The notes below the pieces were generated by a model, which saw nothing but the letters and a program-made list of their open reading frames with translations, was not told where the DNA came from and searched no databases. Shown here piece by piece: positions 54,267 through 62,717 of a stretch of 64,000 nucleotides of DNA. Position 1 is the first letter of the stretch. Each line of letters opens with the position of its first letter. This stretch comes from a virus. Its lineage: Duplodnaviria > Caudoviricetes. The stretch is taken from positions 58,805-122,804 of the IMG/VR virus record IMGVR_UViG_3300014059_000970; one strand, 5' to 3'. The position numbers and the translations under genes are program-made.

Positions 54267-54778
54267 TTACCATTAGACATCTTATAGTCCTTTTGCATGT
54301 CTGGAAAATAAGACTGACTATAATCGTCGCAATAATTGTGCGGTTCTACATGTTGCCAAGACCACTGTTCTACTGTAGAAAATCCTGCGTCATACAGGTC
54401 TTTTTCTAAATCTTCTTTACTCCATCCGTTTTTATGGAAATCAAATTCATGCCTTTGACTTCCCCAAAACATAGATTTTAGTTTTTCCTTATTTTTAATA
54501 AGTAGGTATAAAGAACAGGCCTTTTCCAAATCTGGAACAGCTAATCTTAATATACCTCCGGTTTTTAATTTTCTATACCATAGTTTTAAAGCTTTTACTG
54601 ATTCGTCATAGGATAAGTGTTCCAACATATGACAGCAATAAATTAAATCTACAGACTCGTCCTTAATTGTCTCTAATGTAAAGGCATTGTCTATTATATC
54701 TGGACCGCATTCTTCCCTTATGTCTATATTCGTAAAACCTGGAAGTTTTTTATTATAACATCCTAAATTTAGCTTCAT
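54212..54778 (-). CDS. SAM-dependent methyltransferase (Methyltransf_11-like)
   Basis: KLNLGC, HMLEH and LKTGGILRLAVPD. Confidence 0.85.
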   Translation of the reverse strand: MKLNLGCYNKKLPGFTNIDIREECGPDIIDNAFTLETIKDESVDLIYCCHMLEHLSYDESVKALKLWYRKLKTGGILRLAVPDLEKACSLYLLIKNKEKLKSMFWGSQRHEFDFHKNGWSKEDLEKDLYDAGFSTVEQWSWQHVEPHNYCDDYSQSYFPDMQKDYKMSNGKWIENGGILLSLNLQATK

Positions 54779-55533
54779 AGTTCTTCCACATATTTTATGT
54801 TATTATTTTCTACATATTTATCAGCTAATAGTCTGAGGGTTGCATTATCTTCGTTATCTGTATGCGAACTACTTATTCTTTGATATCCAGACAAACTATA
54901 TCTAACACCTGGACAAACCCAACTTAAAGGTTTAAAGTCTTCGTGTCTTGATATAAAGAAGCCTAACCAATGGTCAGGGCAATGATTTTTGAATGAAGGA
55001 TGAAAAATATGTCCGTCTAGATATTTAGCTATTGTTTCTAATTCAATAAACGGTAATGGTATAACTGGATACGGCCCATATTCTGCTGGTATTGGAGTAG
55101 AACGAATATCATGTGCCCATAATTTACCATTAGCGCTTTCATCTAAATGATGCTGAATTATACAGCCGGGTCCGCCGTCCCACATAAGATTAACTAATTT
55201 AAACTTTTTATTTCTACCTTCTCCATTTTCTAGATATTCTACTACATCTAGCACATTATCTGGATATACGATATCGTTTAGCAAATAAGATATATATTTT
55301 CCTCTAGCATGTTTGGCCGCCAAATTAAAGGCGTTAGGACTACCTTGCATAGTATCGCAAATTAGCCTAGCTTTTGTTTGAAGCAATATTTGTTCGTCTT
55401 CACGACTATAAATAGACGACTCTGGACAAACTATAACAAGTTCAAACTCATGCTTTGGCAGTCTATATATTGCGTCAATACATGTTTTAGAATACGATAA
55501 ACTATCTTTAGTTACTAAAGCGTATGAAATCAT
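54775..55533 (-). CDS. GT2-like glycosyltransferase (paralog of 51766)
   Basis: AFNLAA...LND and FKNHCPDHWLG. Confidence 0.72.
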   Translation of the reverse strand: MISYALVTKDSLSYSKTCIDAIYRLPKHEFELVIVCPESSIYSREDEQILLQTKARLICDTMQGSPNAFNLAAKHARGKYISYLLNDIVYPDNVLDVVEYLENGEGRNKKFKLVNLMWDGGPGCIIQHHLDESANGKLWAHDIRSTPIPAEYGPYPVIPLPFIELETIAKYLDGHIFHPSFKNHCPDHWLGFFISRHEDFKPLSWVCPGVRYSLSGYQRISSSHTDNEDNATLRLLADKYVENNNIKYVEEL

Positions 55534-57047
55534 TAATCCCCTAATATCTTTCTTTTAATTTTAACAGTTAGTTGCTTTTTAATAGTGTCTACGGCTTCTT
55601 GCCCAAATCTTTGTAAGACTAACTTATGAAAATTTGGATTACTCCAATAAGTATGCCAAGCTTCATCTCTGAACTTTAGCACTTGTGCTGGTGACAAATA
55701 TTTTGTTGGTAATGGTTGAGCGTTATAAGAATAGAACGACCACCCATCAAAGTTTTTTGGTAATTCCCATTTATTTTCAAGAGCCTCATAATATAGCGGA
55801 CTACCGGGTAAAGCCATAGCATGGTAGAAATTAGCATTTTCTGTATTAAGTTCTAGTGCTAAATCTAGAGTCTCCTGCATTGTCTCTATAGTTTCTTCTG
55901 GATGTCCAAAAATATAATTTGCCCCAACATAAATACCATGATTATGTATTTGCTTAATTACATCCCTAATATTTAGGTTTTGGAATTTCCCTTTATATAG
56001 CTCTTGACGAATTTCTTGATTTGCGGCCTCGATTCCAACCCCAAGTAATTTTACTCCTCCCTCTCTGAATAAATCTAGAAATCTATCATTAACAGTATCT
56101 ATACGAGAATATGTCCACATTTGTAGATGTTCGCCATATCCTCTTTCTTTTAGTCCTAAAAGGAGTGGCTCGTAATACTTTTTATTAAGGAAAAACATTT
56201 CATCTGACAGGCGAATTGTAGTAATTCCATACTCAATTAACTTGTCAAATTCTTTTAGCATTAGCTCTGGCGACCAGAACCGCATATTGTTAAAGTCTGA
56301 CGATACCGCCTTTTCGTTTGTACTAGTCCTGTTAACTATATTAATCATGCAAAAATTGCATTTAAACTTACATCCCAAACTAGTATATAGGGCTGCGTAT
56401 GGTCTACGATTTTTTTCTTGATACCAAGCGTGCCATAAAGGAGCGCGATATAGGTCAAATGGTTTTCTATCGTATGGTAGTAAGTCCCAAGCATAACCTG
56501 GTAAAAGTTTATCTAAATCTTGCTCATTACTAACTTGATATGGAGAAACTGAATTAAAATTTAATCCGCCGTGTTTCCAGCCAAGTCCGCCTATAGCTAC
56601 TATTTTGTCATCTTGTAACCCACTTAATAGTCCGTGTAAAACACTCGTTCCGTCATTAAGTGCGACATAATCAATATTCGGGTCTGCTAATACTTCTCTA
56701 GGTAAAGCTTGAGTATGCGACCCAATAGAAATTGTTGTTATGCCGGAACCTTCTTTAACTAATTTAGCCACTTCATAGACCCCAACCATATTGGTTGTGC
56801 CAGAATTTGGATTCTGCCCATAAGTAACAAAACAACAAAACCTAGGCTTTAGGTCTATAATTTTTTGTGCAGTTTCCTCATGCGTAAGATTTTCAGCTAT
56901 GGCATCAAGTATAGCAACTCCGTATCCTTTTGCTCTACAGCTTTGCGCTAATAATAGAGACCATACAGGAGGCTCAATTGCAGAATAGTTATCAGCAAGA
57001 ACGCCATATACGCTACGGTTATTTGTGTTTACAAAAATTATATCCAT
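55533..57047 (-). CDS. Cobalamin-binding radical SAM enzyme (class B methyltransferase-like)
   Basis: N-terminal B12-binding region, GCKFKCNFC, SDE and GIE. Confidence 0.9.
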   Translation of the reverse strand: MDIIFVNTNNRSVYGVLADNYSAIEPPVWSLLLAQSCRAKGYGVAILDAIAENLTHEETAQKIIDLKPRFCCFVTYGQNPNSGTTNMVGVYEVAKLVKEGSGITTISIGSHTQALPREVLADPNIDYVALNDGTSVLHGLLSGLQDDKIVAIGGLGWKHGGLNFNSVSPYQVSNEQDLDKLLPGYAWDLLPYDRKPFDLYRAPLWHAWYQEKNRRPYAALYTSLGCKFKCNFCMINIVNRTSTNEKAVSSDFNNMRFWSPELMLKEFDKLIEYGITTIRLSDEMFFLNKKYYEPLLLGLKERGYGEHLQMWTYSRIDTVNDRFLDLFREGGVKLLGVGIEAANQEIRQELYKGKFQNLNIRDVIKQIHNHGIYVGANYIFGHPEETIETMQETLDLALELNTENANFYHAMALPGSPLYYEALENKWELPKNFDGWSFYSYNAQPLPTKYLSPAQVLKFRDEAWHTYWSNPNFHKLVLQRFGQEAVDTIKKQLTVKIKRKILGD

Positions 57048-58012
57048 TGTGATGACATTTGCTCGTAATTAAATTGGTCCTGTGATAAAAACATGTTTCT
57101 TTTGATATAATCTTTAAGTCTGTCGTCTTTTGCGAATCCGTTTTCATCAAAACAGTCTGGATTATGTTGTACTTTTCCTTCTCCGTCTAAATGACCCTCT
57201 GCGTATCCCATTCCATACTCGGTTCCCCTGCCAATAATATCTAAAATAGACTCGTTCGTATTAATTAAATGGTCCCACTTTTTTCCGCCACTATACTCCC
57301 ATGCATTAGGAGAAAAACCTATACTTGGTATGTCTAATCCAGTAATATGCTCTATTTCTGTATCGTGACTTATGACCGTATTTGTTTTTATTGCCGCAGC
57401 CAAAAATGTCATAACTGACTCTGTGCATTGTCCAGCAAATATATCTGGGATTAATTTTTCATAAGCCTTATATAGTTCTTTTCCATGAAGTTGGACATGA
57501 GTATTTACTGCCATACCTACTGGAACAATATATGGGCCATGTTCTTTAAAATATTCCCTATAACTCAAATAGTCGTTTTCATGATGTGGTAATCCAGAAA
57601 AAGACTGGAATCCCGTATCAGACATAGCTCTTCCATGAACTATACTATATGGTCCAGACTTGTATAAGTCATATAATTTTTGCAACACCAAATTGTCGCT
57701 TTCAAAATTAATTCCACTGTCCACAAAAAGATAACATTCATATTCTCCTAAATGTTCTATGGCTTTTAGGACGGAGGCATTAAAGCTGATATTTACTGGA
57801 ACCCTATCGTCAATTAGGTTGTAGTTTATAATGTTTCCAAAATAACTTATAAGCCTACCCCTAGTAGCATGATTACATAGACAGTCTGAAACAACAATGT
57901 TAAAATCTTCAAAACTTTGATTAATGATAGAACTTATCGCTCTCCTATAGTATTCGGAGTTTTCCCTACCAGATATTCCACAAGTATTGTAAACCACTAA
58001 CATTTTAGACAT
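57038..58012 (-). CDS. GT-A-like protein
   Basis: SIINQSF..NIVVSD, SFN and FVDSG. Confidence 0.6.
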   Translation of the reverse strand: MSKMLVVYNTCGISGRENSEYYRRAISSIINQSFEDFNIVVSDCLCNHATRGRLISYFGNIINYNLIDDRVPVNISFNASVLKAIEHLGEYECYLFVDSGINFESDNLVLQKLYDLYKSGPYSIVHGRAMSDTGFQSFSGLPHHENDYLSYREYFKEHGPYIVPVGMAVNTHVQLHGKELYKAYEKLIPDIFAGQCTESVMTFLAAAIKTNTVISHDTEIEHITGLDIPSIGFSPNAWEYSGGKKWDHLINTNESILDIIGRGTEYGMGYAEGHLDGEGKVQHNPDCFDENGFAKDDRLKDYIKRNMFLSQDQFNYEQMSSQWI

Positions 58013-58967
58013 TTTGTTTATTCCTATAGTGGTCTAGTAAGAAATCTACACTTTCATCTATCGAGTATCTTGGAGTCCATCCAGTAATACTGATAAACTT
58101 TTCAATATTTGGAATTTGTAAGGTAACGTCTTGAGGCCTTAATAGGTCTGGATTTAACTGTGTCTTTATCGGAACCTTTGATTTTGCCTTCAATAGTTCA
58201 ATAAAATCTCCAACGCTAATCGTTGTATTACCTCCAATATTATATGCTTCGCCCCATTGACATTTTTGTGAAGCGTGCCAATAAGATTCCATTGCGTCCC
58301 TAACATCTATTAGTGTGCGGACAGAATCTAAATTTCCATGATATAATATGTCTTGTTGGCCCCTTTCTATTCTAACCACTTGTTTTGCAAATGCACTAGA
58401 AAAGATGTCTTCTCTACGAGGATTTATATACGCAAACATCCTTGTTATGAATGTTCTAAAATGATAGCAATAATAATATGACATTGCTATTTTTTCTTGA
58501 GTTAACTTTGATACGGCGTATATATTTACTGGCTGTAATGGATGGCTTTCAAAGATAGGTATGTCTTTTTCTAAAACCTGTCCATAGGCTTCCGAAGTTC
58601 CACACATTTGTATAATTGGGTCGAGTTTAAGAATTCTTACAGCTTCAAATAAATTGACCGTATTATTAACATTGTTATTTAATACTGATAATGGGTTGTC
58701 GAAACAAACTTTAACATTAGCATGTGCAGCCAAATGGAATATATAATCGGGTTGTATCTTCTCTAATGCTCTAATTACAGAACTTAAGTCCGTTAAGTCA
58801 CATTCATGCAATACTACTCTATCTGATATATTACTTAAATTATGCTGACTAGTAGTGCTATGCCATCTAGATATACCATGTACTATTGCATTAGGTATGT
58901 TTTCTAATATATATTCTGCTAGATACGAAGCGCCACTACCAGTTATTCCGGTAATTAAAACATTCAT
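58005..58967 (-). CDS. gmd: GDP-mannose 4,6-dehydratase-like SDR
   Basis: ITGITG, HLAAHANV, TSEAYG, YAVSK, GNLDSVR and LRPQDV. Confidence 0.8.
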   Translation of the reverse strand: MNVLITGITGSGASYLAEYILENIPNAIVHGISRWHSTTSQHNLSNISDRVVLHECDLTDLSSVIRALEKIQPDYIFHLAAHANVKVCFDNPLSVLNNNVNNTVNLFEAVRILKLDPIIQMCGTSEAYGQVLEKDIPIFESHPLQPVNIYAVSKLTQEKIAMSYYYCYHFRTFITRMFAYINPRREDIFSSAFAKQVVRIERGQQDILYHGNLDSVRTLIDVRDAMESYWHASQKCQWGEAYNIGGNTTISVGDFIELLKAKSKVPIKTQLNPDLLRPQDVTLQIPNIEKFISITGWTPRYSIDESVDFLLDHYRNKQNV

Positions 58968-59905
58968 ACTTTAATTTTTCCAATCACAGTGTCCCAGAAA
59001 ATCTTCGCCGTGTATTTTTTCATATATTTATTATAGCCATTGCTTGCTATTTCGAGCCTTTCTTTGTCGTTTTTTTGATAGTATTTGATTTTGTCACATA
59101 GGTCGTCCTTTGAGGAAAACTCCACATAATCTATTCCTGGCTCTAATAAGTTTCTTGTACTTGCGTTTTCTCTTTCTAAAAGAAGAGTCCTACAGGCTAG
59201 TGCATGTAGAACTTTTCCTTTAACTTGCTTATATCCCATTCCATGGCTAGGGAAGTTAATAGTCATCATGCTTCTTGCTATGTATTCTGCATACTTATAG
59301 ACTGAAACATTATCTTCCCTTTGTCCGCCTCCGGTAAATAATTCTGGTATCTTTTCTTTGACATAAGGAATATATTCTGCTCTTTCTGCATATCTCAAAC
59401 TCCCTATAAAACTTACTGGAATATCCTGTTCCATTGGATGGTATATTCTGGTACTTTCTGGAGTCCAAAGAGTAGCGTATTTTGGCTGACTGTTTACATA
59501 AACCTTATCTTGGTAGCTTGGGTTGTCCAAAATCACATTTAGGTCTATTAAATCTTCATTTTCATGTTGATATTGTAAATCCCAAGGATTACTGTCTTCC
59601 CAAATAAAACATATAAACTTTTTACCTTTATATTTTTTAAGACATTCTACTGAAGGATTTAATCCAGATACGCCAATTCTAATTACTATTATTGCATCTA
59701 CATTTGTTTTACTACAATAGGTATCTATGGCAGAATCTACATGTTGGTCATATATGTCGTATGACTCGTCGAGTGCCAACATGTCATATTCATAACCATT
59801 AACACATTCAGCAAATGTCTGTATTAATCCTTCATAATGAAAAGAGACTGGGCTATTTGGTCCATCTACCCATTTGTTTGTTATAAATAATACTTTTGGT
59901 TTCAT
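58964..59905 (-). CDS. CgeB-like (Glyco_trans_1_2) glycosyltransferase
   Basis: VSFIGS, QVKGKV..ALAC, EPGIDYVEF and ERLEIASNG. Confidence 0.8.
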   Translation of the reverse strand: MKPKVLFITNKWVDGPNSPVSFHYEGLIQTFAECVNGYEYDMLALDESYDIYDQHVDSAIDTYCSKTNVDAIIVIRIGVSGLNPSVECLKKYKGKKFICFIWEDSNPWDLQYQHENEDLIDLNVILDNPSYQDKVYVNSQPKYATLWTPESTRIYHPMEQDIPVSFIGSLRYAERAEYIPYVKEKIPELFTGGGQREDNVSVYKYAEYIARSMMTINFPSHGMGYKQVKGKVLHALACRTLLLERENASTRNLLEPGIDYVEFSSKDDLCDKIKYYQKNDKERLEIASNGYNKYMKKYTAKIFWDTVIGKIKV

Positions 59906-60882
59906 TTTGTGAATACATCATATCTTTTTGTAGTTATGTCTTTATTTGCTAAATACCAAACCATAGCTTCTTTAATTCCGTCTTCTAAAGATTTTGAAGC
60001 ACTAAAGCCGTAATTATGGAGTCTGGTCATATCCATTTTCCTAATGGCGTCTCCAGTTGGTTTTGATGTATCCCATTCAATACTTACTATATTTCCTGTA
60101 ATCCCTTCGTAAACTTTAACAACAGTATCGACTATATCCTTAATTAGAACTCCGTTTCCACTACCTATGTTTAGGGGTTCAGAAATCTTATTTTCCACAG
60201 CAAAAATCATCGCCTTTGCAACATCTTCCGCATGAACGAAATCTCTAATGGCGCTTCCGTTACCCCAAACTACTAATGGATTCTCTCCAGAACAAATTCT
60301 TGCAATTAGGGCTGGAATAACCATTGATGTTGCTGGATTAAAATTATCATATTCTCCATAAACATTTGCCGGCCTAATTATAGAATAGTTCTTTTCTCCA
60401 TATTGGATTGCATATGCGTCGGCCTGCAATTCTCCCATTCTTTTAGCCCATCCTGCAAACCAATCATATTCAGAAGGAACTGTCTTCCATACATCGTCTT
60501 CAACAAATAAATCAGCCGGCGCATAAACTCCAACAGAGCTTGTATATAAGTACCACTTTACATTCGCTCTGCGGGCGGCTTCCATCATATTAGTATTAAA
60601 CATTAACATAGGAACCATAAAAGACGCAGGATTTTTCCTTGTCATTTCTGGAGAACCCTTAATTCCGGCCAAATGGAATACATAGTCCATACCTTCACAT
60701 AATGTGACACATTTATCTAAATATGTAAGGTCTGCCTTAATACATTCAACCCCATCAATTTTAGTGTCGTCCATTGACACAGAAACTATTTTATTTGGGT
60801 TGTGTTGCTTTAGTAATTTTACTAACGCCCTTCCTATCATTCCAGTAGCGCCGGTAATTAATATGTTTGAATCTTTAAACAT
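59902..60882 (-). CDS. GDP-L-fucose-synthase-like SDR
   Basis: TGATGMIG, RPANVYG and VWGNGSAIRDF. The catalytic YxxxK reads AGWAK. Confidence 0.85.
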   Translation of the reverse strand: MFKDSNILITGATGMIGRALVKLLKQHNPNKIVSVSMDDTKIDGVECIKADLTYLDKCVTLCEGMDYVFHLAGIKGSPEMTRKNPASFMVPMLMFNTNMMEAARRANVKWYLYTSSVGVYAPADLFVEDDVWKTVPSEYDWFAGWAKRMGELQADAYAIQYGEKNYSIIRPANVYGEYDNFNPATSMVIPALIARICSGENPLVVWGNGSAIRDFVHAEDVAKAMIFAVENKISEPLNIGSGNGVLIKDIVDTVVKVYEGITGNIVSIEWDTSKPTGDAIRKMDMTRLHNYGFSASKSLEDGIKEAMVWYLANKDITTKRYDVFTK

Positions 60883-61585
60883 TATTTTCCTTTATGTAGT
60901 TTTCTAATTTTTCTATATCTTTGTTAATATCATATGTCCAGGCAAGATGCTCGTTTGTAACTCTTCTCATTTCACTAGCAGTGTCGTCTGGAGAAAATAC
61001 TAATTCTATTGTTTCATGCATTAGGTGTCGTAAATTAATTGGTAGGTCGACTATCTTATTAATTTTCTCATATATACGAAATACTGCTACATCTCCACCT
61101 AAAGTCTTAATAACATCCGGCATGAAAAAGCCCAGAACATCACATGCCTTTTTACTGATTATTGGAAATGAGGCGTATTTCGTTACAGGACAATGGTCGG
61201 CAGAATTACAAGAAGTTCTTCCATATATAATGTCTCCTTGTTCTTTTAACAAAGGATACGCTATCTTATCCCAGTCTTGTGTCTCAATTCTTGCGTCATC
61301 ATTTAATACAAATATGTATTCTCCAGACGCATACGATACCATTCTATTATAACTCTTAATTAGCTCTTGGTCTCTATAACGAAATTCAAACTTTAATATA
61401 TTATTAATTGGATGGTCTAAAGAACGTATTTCTGACATTAGTTGCAATGATTGGACATCATCACTGTCAAAATTAATTAAAATTTCAATATCGTCTAAAG
61501 AAGATGTCTTCTCAATAATATTGTTGAGTAGTCCAAATAATAGCTCTATTCTTTTTCTAGAATTTAATATAAGGGAGAATTTCAT
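60875..61585 (-). CDS. GT2-like glycosyltransferase
   Basis: EILINFDSDD, LNDD, WD and FPIISK. Confidence 0.75.
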   Translation of the reverse strand: MKFSLILNSRKRIELLFGLLNNIIEKTSSLDDIEILINFDSDDVQSLQLMSEIRSLDHPINNILKFEFRYRDQELIKSYNRMVSYASGEYIFVLNDDARIETQDWDKIAYPLLKEQGDIIYGRTSCNSADHCPVTKYASFPIISKKACDVLGFFMPDVIKTLGGDVAVFRIYEKINKIVDLPINLRHLMHETIELVFSPDDTASEMRRVTNEHLAWTYDINKDIEKLENYIKENNV

Positions 61586-62445
61586 TTATTTTTTACTATA
61601 TTTATATATGTTTCTATTGCTTCTTTTGAAGACCTAATATTAGGAAAATTACTTTCTAGTGATACATATTCTGTATCCCCTAGCCATCCGCCGTTAATAA
61701 ACTTAATTGGTTTTTGAATATTCAAACCCGACATTATAGTTGTCGCAACCTCCTGCACTGTAAGATTACCATTTGGACACAAATTATAAGTTCCAGAAGG
61801 AAGATTAAGACTTTCTATAATTGAGCTAACACTATCATCTATCCATAGAAATGGTTTTCTAGCACCAGGCATATTACCAAATAATTCAAGAACTGGATTA
61901 TCTGATTTTAATTTCAAATAAATATCGTGAACTAATCCGTGGGTGCTTTCTGCTGCAACATGGGCGCAAAATCTTAAAATCTTAAAATTATCTAACTTAT
62001 TATAAACCGTATGGTACTTCTGTATAAGTTTTTCACAGAATAATTTCGTTTCTGCGTAGATAGAATCTGGCTTTGTATCGTCTCCAACTTTTCTTGGAGT
62101 AGTATGATAGCCATAAACTGTGGCAGAACTAGCAAATATTAGCTGACATTCTTTTGGAACGACTTCTAATACTTTATGTAGAGGAATGATATTATTTTGG
62201 GTTACTTCCCAACTATAATTTTTTACCAAGGCATAGCCGGCTAAATGAAAGATAGCGTCAGGCTGAAAATCCTCTACTACTTTTTTAAGAACTTCTGGAT
62301 TGACTTCGACTAAATTTAGTATTTCTCTTTTGTAGTCCGTCTTTATATTGCTACGCGAAATACCTAAAACTTCATGTTCTTTACTTAATCTCTGTGCTAG
62401 TGGCTTTCCTATAAAACCGCTATCTCCAGTTATAATAAATTTCAC
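61582..62445 (-). CDS. NAD-dependent epimerase (GalE-like)
   Basis: TGDSGFIG, ASSATVYG, YAETK and GWLGD. Confidence 0.87.
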   Translation of the reverse strand: MKFIITGDSGFIGKPLAQRLSKEHEVLGISRSNIKTDYKREILNLVEVNPEVLKKVVEDFQPDAIFHLAGYALVKNYSWEVTQNNIIPLHKVLEVVPKECQLIFASSATVYGYHTTPRKVGDDTKPDSIYAETKLFCEKLIQKYHTVYNKLDNFKILRFCAHVAAESTHGLVHDIYLKLKSDNPVLELFGNMPGARKPFLWIDDSVSSIIESLNLPSGTYNLCPNGNLTVQEVATTIMSGLNIQKPIKFINGGWLGDTEYVSLESNFPNIRSSKEAIETYINIVKNK

Positions 62446-62465
62446 ATTAAATCCTTATAAATAAT

Positions 62466-62511
62466 CTAGACCCACTATTACTTTTTCTAAGTATTTTGCT
62501 GTTGGGGTCTA
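62466..62511 (-). ncRNA. ACAGCAA-family RNA, array unit 4
   Basis: TAGACCC-CAACAGCAA-...-GGGTCTAG. Confidence 0.75.
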
Positions 62512-62517
62512 TTGTGC

Positions 62518-62560
62518 CTAGGCTCACTTATCACTTAGGATAGATTGCTGTACGAGCCTT
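62518..62560 (-). ncRNA. ACAGCAA-family RNA, array unit 3
   Basis: AAGGCTC-GTACAGCAA-...-GAGCCTAG. Confidence 0.72.
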
Positions 62561-62588
62561 ATCGCCGGATTGTCAATTCTAAAATTAT

Positions 62589-62643
62589 CTAGACAGGTTT
62601 TAAAACATTAATGGTGTTTATTTTTGATTGCTGTATCTGTCTA
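62589..62643 (-). ncRNA. ACAGCAA-family RNA, array unit 2
   Basis: TAGACAG-ATACAGCAA-...-CTGTCTAG. Confidence 0.75.
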
Positions 62644-62654
62644 ATATGTTAAAT

Positions 62655-62712
62655 CTAGACGCGGTTTTTCACCAATTGAAAGTGGAGGTATTTTGGTTGC
62701 TGTATGCGTCTA
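62655..62712 (-). ncRNA. ACAGCAA-family RNA, array unit 1
   Basis: TAGACGC-ATACAGCAA-...-GCGTCTAG, starting 5 nt after the DUF2828 stop. Confidence 0.75.
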
Positions 62713-62717
62713 ATATA

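Noticed and set aside
62466-62712. CRISPR array or direct DNA repeat
   Set aside because: The units are not identical. They covary as stems, inserts vary in length, the same scaffold occurs singly among tRNAs, and no cas genes are in the window.
62466-62712. Rho-independent terminators
   Set aside because: There are no consistent U-tracts, the loops are large with an invariant motif, and the copies sit inside co-oriented operons.
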